Source of the DNA: an uncultured Bacillales bacterium
GTDB lineage: Bacteria > Bacillota_I > Bacilli_A > RF39 > UBA660
Length of the DNA: 32,000 bases
Reading direction: 5' to 3'
Assembly (NCBI GenBank): GCA_902477075.1
Contig: CABSFU010000002.1
Span: 53,796-85,795 of the forward strand
Shown: piece after piece, positions 25,566 to 32,000 of the stretch
How the letters are laid out: every line of letters begins with the position of its first letter
Position numbering within the stretch: the first letter of the stretch is position 1
The notes under the pieces: model-generated
Databases searched by the model: none
The model's input: the letters and a program-made list of their open reading frames with translations, nothing else
Told to the model about the DNA's origin: nothing
Translations under genes and position numbers: made by a program

Positions 25566-26660
25566 ATGATAGAAACAATTGATAAAATTTATTCTAGAAA
25601 AGATGGAAGATTTGAAATTAGGTATCATTATGGATATAAGGATGATGGTACATCAAATTATAAATCTGTTTATGGTAATAGTGAGACTGAAGTAATAAAA
25701 AATTATCATAAAACTATAGATGATTTAATAAGTAAAAATGATTTACTTATATATGATAAAACTTATATTGGTTATTACATATATTTGTGGTTAAATAATT
25801 CAAAAATAAAAAATAAGAAATCAACTTATTCAAATTATCAATATACTATTAAATCTAGGATTATTCCAAAGTTTGCAAGTGTTAAGAAAAAAACAATTTC
25901 TTTGGAATTAATTAATAAATTTACAGCGGATTTGTTAAGTGAGGGTTTGGTTGAAAAAAGTGTTAAAGATATTTTAATTATATTACAGCAAATCTTGAAA
26001 TATGGTAATATTAATATCAAAATTCCAATGCCAAAAGTACCTAAAAATGAAATTCAAATTTTTAAAAAAGATGAACAAGCAAAACTTGAAGAAGAATTAC
26101 TAAAAAATATGAACGAAACAACTTTTGGTATTTATTTTTGTCTTTATACAGGTTTAAGAATTGGTGAAATATGTGCGTTACAATGGAAAGATATTGATTT
26201 AAAAAACAAAAAAATTAAAGTAAAGAAAACTTTAATTAGAATTAAAAACCCAGACGAAAATGTAAAGAAAAAAACAATTGTAATAATTGATGAACCAAAA
26301 TCTGCATCTTCTATAAGAGAAATCCCAATACCTGATTTCTTAATTTCTATTTTAACTAAATTAAGTGTTAATGTAACTCCGGAAACTTTTTTAGTATCTG
26401 GATATGAAAAGTTTGTTGAAACAAGAACATATTTCAATAGATATAAAAAGATACTTGAGCAGCTTAATTTAGAAATATATAATTTTCATGCTTTAAGGCA
26501 TACATTTGCTACCAGATGTATTGAAAATGGCTGTGATCCAAAAACTTTAAGTGAAATATTAGGACATTCAAGTGTAAAAATAACATTAGAAAGATATGTT
26601 CATCCTAATTATGAAAATAAGGTTATTATGATGAATCAACTAAAACCATTATTTTTTTAA
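25566..26660 (+). CDS. int: Tyrosine recombinase / phage-type integrase
   Basis: N-terminal arm-binding-like SRKDGRFEIRYHYGYKDDG; catalytic region TGLRIGEICAL, HALRHTFAT, LGHSSVKITLERYVH. ATG 25566 follows GAAAGGAGG. Confidence 0.9.
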   Translation: MIETIDKIYSRKDGRFEIRYHYGYKDDGTSNYKSVYGNSETEVIKNYHKTIDDLISKNDLLIYDKTYIGYYIYLWLNNSKIKNKKSTYSNYQYTIKSRIIPKFASVKKKTISLELINKFTADLLSEGLVEKSVKDILIILQQILKYGNINIKIPMPKVPKNEIQIFKKDEQAKLEEELLKNMNETTFGIYFCLYTGLRIGEICALQWKDIDLKNKKIKVKKTLIRIKNPDENVKKKTIVIIDEPKSASSIREIPIPDFLISILTKLSVNVTPETFLVSGYEKFVETRTYFNRYKKILEQLNLEIYNFHALRHTFATRCIENGCDPKTLSEILGHSSVKITLERYVHPNYENKVIMMNQLKPLFF

Positions 26661-26703
26661 AAGCATAATTTGATATGTTATATGTGTATTAATATTTTTT
26701 CCT

Positions 26704-26719
26704 AAAGTAATCTACTTTA
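26704..26719. repeat. Left arm of a 16-nt perfect inverted repeat (AAAGTAATCTACTTTA)
   Basis: Reverse complement of 26861..26876. The arm itself is an AAAGT-N5-ACTTT palindrome. Confidence 0.85.
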
Positions 26720-26860
26720 AGAAAAAATCAGTGTTTTTTTATATAAAATTCAAAAAAGTGTCTAAAAATGAGCATAAAAAAAGAACAATTTATAAATTTA
26801 TGCCCAAAAAATGACAAAAATAGTGTATAATTGTTTTAGGATATGGAAATATTCTAATCA

Positions 26861-26876
26861 TAAAGTAGATTACTTT
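26861..26876. repeat. Right arm of a 16-nt perfect inverted repeat (TAAAGTAGATTACTTT)
   Basis: Lies 141 nt from the left arm and just upstream of the GNAT RBS. A TATAAT box (26826-26831) lies between the arms. Confidence 0.85.
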
Positions 26877-26897
26877 GAGAAATGGGAGGTGTTTTTA

Positions 26898-27338
26898 ATG
26901 AATTTAGAATTCAAAGTTGCAACATTTAAAGATATTGAAGATATAATTATGTTATGTAATGAATGCTTTAATGAGAATACTGATTTAAATTACGCAAAAC
27001 GGATTTATCAAGAAAATGAGAAAGATCCAAATCAAATATACCTTATAGGAGTTTTAAATAATGAGATTGTAGCTCATGCAAAGATAAATATTATTCCAAC
27101 AATTTATGAGGATATGAATACTTATGCAATTTTAAATCATGTATGTGTTAAACCAAAATTTAGACGAGAACATATAGGAACAAAAATGCTAGATGAATGT
27201 TTTAGAATCGCTAAAGAACATAATTGCAAATGTGTTGAATTATGGTCAAAAAATTTTAGAGAGGCTGCACATGGACTTTATCATAGTTATGGATTTGAAG
27301 TTATGGATGCAAAATTCTTTTCAAAAAATGTAGATTAG
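26898..27338 (+). CDS. GNAT-family N-acetyltransferase
   Basis: ATG 26898 after GGGAGGTG; motif A region VCVKPKFRREHIGTKML. Size of about 146 aa is typical. Confidence 0.8.
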   Translation: MNLEFKVATFKDIEDIIMLCNECFNENTDLNYAKRIYQENEKDPNQIYLIGVLNNEIVAHAKINIIPTIYEDMNTYAILNHVCVKPKFRREHIGTKMLDECFRIAKEHNCKCVELWSKNFREAAHGLYHSYGFEVMDAKFFSKNVD

Positions 27339-27348
27339 GAGTTAAATT

Positions 27349-28530
27349 ATGAAAATTAGTAATGTTTATATAGGTGGTTGGTTTCAAAGAACCATGCTAC
27401 AATTATCAGAGATTTATGATTTTTTGAGAGATTGTAAAACTCAATTAAACTTAGATCAAGATAAATTGAATGAATTTCGTAAGAATTTAGAAATAGGAAA
27501 AATAGATTATGGAGTTTCAGGAGAAGAATTTATTGAGTTTACTACTGCTTTAAATATTAAAGTAAAAATATTTGAAGATGGTTTGATTGTTTTAAATAAC
27601 CAAAATGTTAGCGAAGATACATTATTTGCTGATATTGATCATGTAACTGATTATTATGAAAATAGATTATCTCCTGCATTTAGCTATTTATTTAGTTTAG
27701 GTGCACCAGTTCCGAAAGAACTTGCAAATATAGAAACAGTTTATCCATATTTTATAGTATGTGATAATGTTACAAAGGATGATATTTCTAATTTGTTAGC
27801 TAGGACAGAAAAACAAAAGTATTTTGAATTTGTAACTGATAAATATGACGTTATCAGAGGAGATAAATATTATTTTATTAATAATAAAAAACAATCTAAT
27901 GAGAATATTGAAAGATACATTGAAGAACAAATCTTTATAAGAGAATTTAAGGGACAATTACATCGTTATTTAAATATTCATAGAATTATATGGGAGAAAA
28001 TTGATACAGTAAAAGAAAATGCAAATGTCAAGGGTTCTGAAATTGTTAAGTTTACTTCAAAATTAGAAGGATATGCTAAGACAATAAATTTGATAGATGG
28101 AAGAATTAATCAAATGAGTACATATATTTCAACAAGAGAAAAAATTGCCAAAAGTGATAAAGAACTTGCAGAATTCTTGGCTATTTCAGGATATAGGTAT
28201 GAAACATTAAGAGATACATTAGATTATATAAAATATTTGTGGGCTATGACTAAAAATTATGTTTCATCAGCACAAAAATTATTTGATGGAATAAAATCAG
28301 ATGTTACTAGTAAATCTGTTGATAGTCTAACTATTGTTACATCTATGAGTGCTGGTGCATCAATCATTGGTTTGTTAACAGAAACAGCTCCTGAATTTAC
28401 AATATTCGGAGTAGTATATTTCTTCTTACTTGCATTATTAGGTTGGAGTTCAACAAAAATACTTGGAGCTATCTCTAATAAAAGAAAATATGAAGTATCT
28501 GATGTTGAATATGAGAAAGATATAAAGTAG
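27349..28530 (+). CDS. Hypothetical protein, large cytoplasmic domain + two C-terminal TM helices
   Basis: 393 aa with hydrophobic stretches LTIVTSMSAGASIIGLL and FTIFGVVYFFLLALLGW near the C-terminus. No motif recognised. Confidence 0.55.
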   Translation: MKISNVYIGGWFQRTMLQLSEIYDFLRDCKTQLNLDQDKLNEFRKNLEIGKIDYGVSGEEFIEFTTALNIKVKIFEDGLIVLNNQNVSEDTLFADIDHVTDYYENRLSPAFSYLFSLGAPVPKELANIETVYPYFIVCDNVTKDDISNLLARTEKQKYFEFVTDKYDVIRGDKYYFINNKKQSNENIERYIEEQIFIREFKGQLHRYLNIHRIIWEKIDTVKENANVKGSEIVKFTSKLEGYAKTINLIDGRINQMSTYISTREKIAKSDKELAEFLAISGYRYETLRDTLDYIKYLWAMTKNYVSSAQKLFDGIKSDVTSKSVDSLTIVTSMSAGASIIGLLTETAPEFTIFGVVYFFLLALLGWSSTKILGAISNKRKYEVSDVEYEKDIK

Positions 28531-28537
28531 TAATGAT

Positions 28538-30280
28538 ATGGGTAGATATTTTGACACAGTAAAAACCTTAATAAAAATAGCTAATGATAAATTTATTGTG
28601 GTAATTCAAATGTTTGTTAGTTGTTGTTTATACAATTTATCTAGTTTATTACCACCAATAGCAACAGCAGGAATTATATCAGTTATAACAGAAAATAATT
28701 TTAATGGAATTTGGTATTATGTACTATTATATATGATTTTTTATGTATTGTATTTCAGTATGTTGCATTGGAATTATCACACATATACTGTTTTAGCAAA
28801 CTATTATCATTTGGAAGTTCAAAAAAAGTTATTTGAACATGTTGCGAATAATGATTCAATATTTAACAAAATATCAAAAGGTAAAATTGTTGATACAACA
28901 AGTGATGATGTTAGGTATTTAGTAGATGTTATGAATGCTGGTTCTGAAGCTTTAATGAGATTTATCGAGCTTATTGTAATTTTCTTGATTTTTAGTTCAT
29001 ATAACATAATTGTTGCTTTAATTGCTCTCGCTATTGATTTACTTTATCTTATTCTTATGAATAATAATTCAAAAAGAGTTTCTAAATATTATGAAGGAAC
29101 AAGAAAATATGAAGATAAAGTAATCGATACTTTAAATCAAATGCTAGTAAATTTGAAACAAGTAAAATCTTTAAATATGATGCCTAGTTTAAATAAAAGA
29201 TTGGACAAAACAAGAGTTAAATGGACACAAGAATACAAAGGTAAAAGGAGTGCTCTTACAAGTAGATATTGTAAAATGCCTTATATTGTATATATAGGTA
29301 AAATATTATTATATATATTCTTAGCATATTTAGTATGCAATGGTAAAATGACTATTGATAAATTAGTTCTTTTAATAAGTTATTTTGAGTTAACTATTAC
29401 TTGTACTGATTCTATGCTTACTTACTTATTGAATTTAAGTAATTATGGAATAAGAGTAAAGAGAATTAAAAACATATTAGACTATACTTCTGATAGTAAT
29501 ATTGATTTTGGTGATATTACAAATGATTATATTAATGGTGTAGTTGCATTTGATAAAGTTAACTACGAAATAAAAAATAAAACAATACTTAATAATGTTT
29601 CATTTAAAATATATCCAAATGAAATTACGACAATTGTAGGTCATAGTGGTTCAGGTAAAACAACAATAGTAAATTTATTATATAGACTAGATAGAATAAA
29701 ATCTGGAAGCATAACAATAGATGAAGAAAATATATATAATTATGATAAGAAAACTTATATGTCAAATGTTTCAGGTGTTTTTCAAAAACCATTTGTATTT
29801 GAAATGAGTATAAGAGATAATTTGTCTTTAGTTGATAGCAATCATAGAAATCAAATAGAAGCTTGTAAAAGAGTAGGAATACATGATTTTATTGAAAGTT
29901 TACCTAAAGGATATAATACAATAATTAACGAAGAAGAAAGATTGTTATCTGAGGGGCAAAAACAGTTATTGGTTATTGCAAGAGCGATACTAACAAAATC
30001 AGAAATATTATTGTTTGATGAAGTAACTAGCAATATAGATCCAAATTCAACTACGAAAGTTGGAGAAATATTAAAAGATTTAAAGCAAGATCATACAATA
30101 ATTATGATTACGCATAAACCAGAAATGATGCAAATTGCTGATAGAGTAATTGTTCTTGATAAAGGAAAAGTAGTATCAAAAGGTACAAATGAAGAGGTAT
30201 TTAATAAGAGTTCTTTGTATAGAGAGCTTAGAAACAGAACATTTGCTAGTATAAGCAATGTTGAAAACGAAATAATTTGA
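28538..30280 (+). CDS. ABC exporter, fused permease/ATPase (MsbA-like half transporter)
   Basis: N-terminal 6-TM region; Walker A GHSGSGKTT, signature LSEGQKQ, Walker B ILLFDEVTS, H-loop ITHK. Confidence 0.85.
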   Translation: MGRYFDTVKTLIKIANDKFIVVIQMFVSCCLYNLSSLLPPIATAGIISVITENNFNGIWYYVLLYMIFYVLYFSMLHWNYHTYTVLANYYHLEVQKKLFEHVANNDSIFNKISKGKIVDTTSDDVRYLVDVMNAGSEALMRFIELIVIFLIFSSYNIIVALIALAIDLLYLILMNNNSKRVSKYYEGTRKYEDKVIDTLNQMLVNLKQVKSLNMMPSLNKRLDKTRVKWTQEYKGKRSALTSRYCKMPYIVYIGKILLYIFLAYLVCNGKMTIDKLVLLISYFELTITCTDSMLTYLLNLSNYGIRVKRIKNILDYTSDSNIDFGDITNDYINGVVAFDKVNYEIKNKTILNNVSFKIYPNEITTIVGHSGSGKTTIVNLLYRLDRIKSGSITIDEENIYNYDKKTYMSNVSGVFQKPFVFEMSIRDNLSLVDSNHRNQIEACKRVGIHDFIESLPKGYNTIINEEERLLSEGQKQLLVIARAILTKSEILLFDEVTSNIDPNSTTKVGEILKDLKQDHTIIMITHKPEMMQIADRVIVLDKGKVVSKGTNEEVFNKSSLYRELRNRTFASISNVENEII

Positions 30281-30306
30281 ACACCTTAATGGTGTTTCTT
30301 TTTTTG
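30280..30306 (+). terminator. Rho-independent terminator
   Basis: AACACC / GGTGTT hairpin followed by a T-run. Confidence 0.65.
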
Positions 30307-30390
30307 AAATTGAAGTAATTCAATATGATAAGTACAGTAAATATGGTATAATTTAATATGATGACATAAAAATAGGATGTGGTAGTCTTG

Positions 30391-31197
30391 ATGAAAATGA
30401 TAGTTTTAGATTTAGATGGAACAATTTTAAATAAAGATAGAAAAGCATCTGAATCTACAAAGAAGTATCTAAAAAAATTAAAAAAAGAAGGATATATTGT
30501 TGTAATAGCAACAGGAAGAATTTATGCTTCTGCGTTAAAAGCAACAGATGGAGCAGATTTTGCAAATTATGTAATATCTGATACAGGTGCTTGTATATAC
30601 GAACGATTAAGTTCAAAACCAATATTTGCTAATTTTATTGATAGTGAAACAGCTGAGGCAATGTTTAATTATTACAATGAAAATTGTCGTTATGTAGATA
30701 TATGTGATAAAAATACTATTTTTAAATATTCTGATGAGCCAGAGTATAGTGAAGTCATTGAAACTACAAAAGATAAAAATTATATTATCAATAATTGTTC
30801 TGAAATATCTCATATAACAATTTCAATGAAAACAAATGAAGATGTAATGAGAGTTTATAATGATTTGTGTAGTAAATTTACAAATCTTGAAATAATAATT
30901 ATGCAAGACTCATTTTCAGAAAGAAAATGGATAGAGATGATGGCAAAAGGAACATCAAAATATAATAGTATTAGTTATTTAGCAAATTATTTAAATATAA
31001 AAAATGAAGAAATAATTGCCTTTGGTGATGGCTTAAATGATATAGAAATGCTTGAAAAGTGTGGATATGGAGTTGCTCTTAATAATGCACTATCAGAAGT
31101 CAAAAGCAAAGCAGATGATGTTACAACATTAGATCATAACAATGATGGTGTTATTAATTATTTAAAGGAGCATTTGTATGATGAAAGAAAGATTTAA
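30391..31197 (+). CDS. Cof-type HAD-IIB phosphatase
   Basis: Motif I DLDGT, motif II TGR, motif III/IV K...GDGLNDIEM. Start taken at ATG 30391. Confidence 0.85.
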   Translation: MKMIVLDLDGTILNKDRKASESTKKYLKKLKKEGYIVVIATGRIYASALKATDGADFANYVISDTGACIYERLSSKPIFANFIDSETAEAMFNYYNENCRYVDICDKNTIFKYSDEPEYSEVIETTKDKNYIINNCSEISHITISMKTNEDVMRVYNDLCSKFTNLEIIIMQDSFSERKWIEMMAKGTSKYNSISYLANYLNIKNEEIIAFGDGLNDIEMLEKCGYGVALNNALSEVKSKADDVTTLDHNNDGVINYLKEHLYDERKI

Positions 31198-32000
31198 TAA
31201 TTATAAGATACTTTTTTCACTAAGGATTTTAAAAAGTATTTTAAATAATTTTGTTGATGTATTTTTAGTATTATACTTTTTAACTGTATCAAATAGTAAT
31301 ATTTTACCACTTGGAATATACAAGTTAGTTGCTATGATAGCTGTATGGTTGGTTATTTTCCTAACGAGAAATTATTGTAAATCAAAAGGAAGAATAAGAT
31401 TTATGCGTATAGGAATTATACTTTATTTTATATATTTTTTGTCAATTATTATCTTAAAAGAAAAAGTAGTTGAATATATATATTTGATTGGACTTTTATA
31501 TGGATTAGAAGAAGGATTTTATTATTCTGTATATAATATGATTGAGTCTGATGGAGTAGAAAATAAAGATAGAGCAAAGTATATAGGCACTTATACATTA
31601 GTAAAAAATATAATTTCCATAATATTTCCATTAATATTTGGAGGAATAATTCAGAAATCTGGATTCATTAATGCTACGATATTTGCTTTGTTTATAGTAA
31701 TTTTAGAGATAATACTTTCAAATATTTTTAAGGATAATAATATTCCAAAGAGTAATAAAACCAATTTTAAAGAATTCAAAAAAATCACAAATAATCATGA
31801 AGAATTTAAAAGGATAATAGAAACTAAAGTATGTGCTGGATTAACATATTCAGAAGGTGCTTTATCTTATGTGATTACGATATATATCATTAAAGTTTTT
31901 TCAGAAAGTGTGAGTCTTGGTATATTTACTTCCATTTTTAGTATTATTTCTGCTTTAATTGGATTATTATTTGTTAAAGTAATAAAACCTAATTATTATA
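31178..32000 (+). CDS. Multi-pass membrane protein, probable MFS-type transporter, 3' end outside window
   Basis: ATG 31178 is 7 nt after AAAGGAG and overlaps the HAD gene's end. By hand translation the frame stays open to the window edge. Several hydrophobic helices. Absent from the ORF track, presumably because it has no stop. Confidence 0.55.
   Translation, partial: MMKERFNNYKILFSLRILKSILNNFVDVFLVLYFLTVSNSNILPLGIYKLVAMIAVWLVIFLTRNYCKSKGRIRFMRIGIILYFIYFLSIIILKEKVVEYIYLIGLLYGLEEGFYYSVYNMIESDGVENKDRAKYIGTYTLVKNIISIIFPLIFGGIIQKSGFINATIFALFIVILEIILSNIFKDNNIPKSNKTNFKEFKKITNNHEEFKRIIETKVCAGLTYSEGALSYVITIYIIKVFSESVSLGIFTSIFSIISALIGLLFVKVIKPNYY

Larger units (their letters stand above)
16842..26660. 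mobile_element. Integrative genomic island of about 9.8 kb (orphan MTase, Xre pair, DGR + AAA/VWA module, tyrosine integrase)
   Basis: Left edge inferred from the break point in the ABC ATPase gene; right edge is at or shortly after the integrase gene. att repeats not confidently identified, so the ends are approximate. Confidence 0.55.

Noticed and set aside
1643-31631. Short antisense or overlapping ORFs in the track: 1643, 4613, 4867, 8035, 9343, 9670, 9947, 10844, 12422, 20569, 21259, 21696, 23286, 25393, 25838, 26144, 28819, 29851, 30613 and 31449
   Set aside because: All lie within or opposite well-supported genes. They have the skewed I/F/L/N/K composition expected from AT-rich antisense frames and lack RBSs.
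1-32000. CRISPR arrays, rRNA genes, IS elements with terminal inverted repeats
   Set aside because: No regularly spaced direct repeats, no rRNA-like conserved blocks and no transposase ORFs were seen on either strand.

Overview
Very AT-rich (by eye about 25-30% GC) Bacillota-type chromosomal segment, probably from a spore former; that taxonomic call is inference from gene content. Bases 1-8.3 kb hold a conserved housekeeping cluster (rlmN, PP2C phosphatase, PASTA kinase prkC, rsgA, rpe), then tRNA-Thr(GGU) and a compact tRNA-Gln(CUG)-gltX-tRNA-Glu(CUC) unit. Bases 8.3-16.3 kb hold a GNAT remnant, a DUF1287 protein, a MacB/FtsX-type ABC transporter with an OmpR/histidine-kinase pair, a collagen-like BclA-type protein and a SpoIIID-like regulator. 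Bases 16.3-26.7 kb hold an integrative island of about 10 kb. It begins where an ABC ATPase gene is cut off right after its Walker B motif and ends with a tyrosine integrase. The island carries a split orphan C5 DNA methyltransferase, two Xre repressors and a complete diversity-generating retroelement (DGR): an Avd-like gene, an 80-nt template repeat (TR), a DGR-type reverse transcriptase (RT) and an 81-nt variable repeat (VR). All 12 TR/VR substitutions fall on TR adenines. The main finding is the DGR target. The VR lies near the N-terminus of a protein with no signal peptide that is fused to a MoxR/AAA_5-like ATPase. That gene is translationally coupled to a degenerate AAA fragment and followed by a Zn-peptidase(HExxH)+VWA protein with a Q-rich linker of about 200 aa. 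I read this as a candidate DGR-diversified intracellular sensor or conflict system. The VR also carries a 1-nt insertion relative to the TR, which splits the target gene into two ORFs. Bases 26.7-32 kb hold a GNAT, a membrane protein, an ABC exporter, a HAD phosphatase and a partial MFS-like transporter. No CRISPR array and no rRNA were seen.
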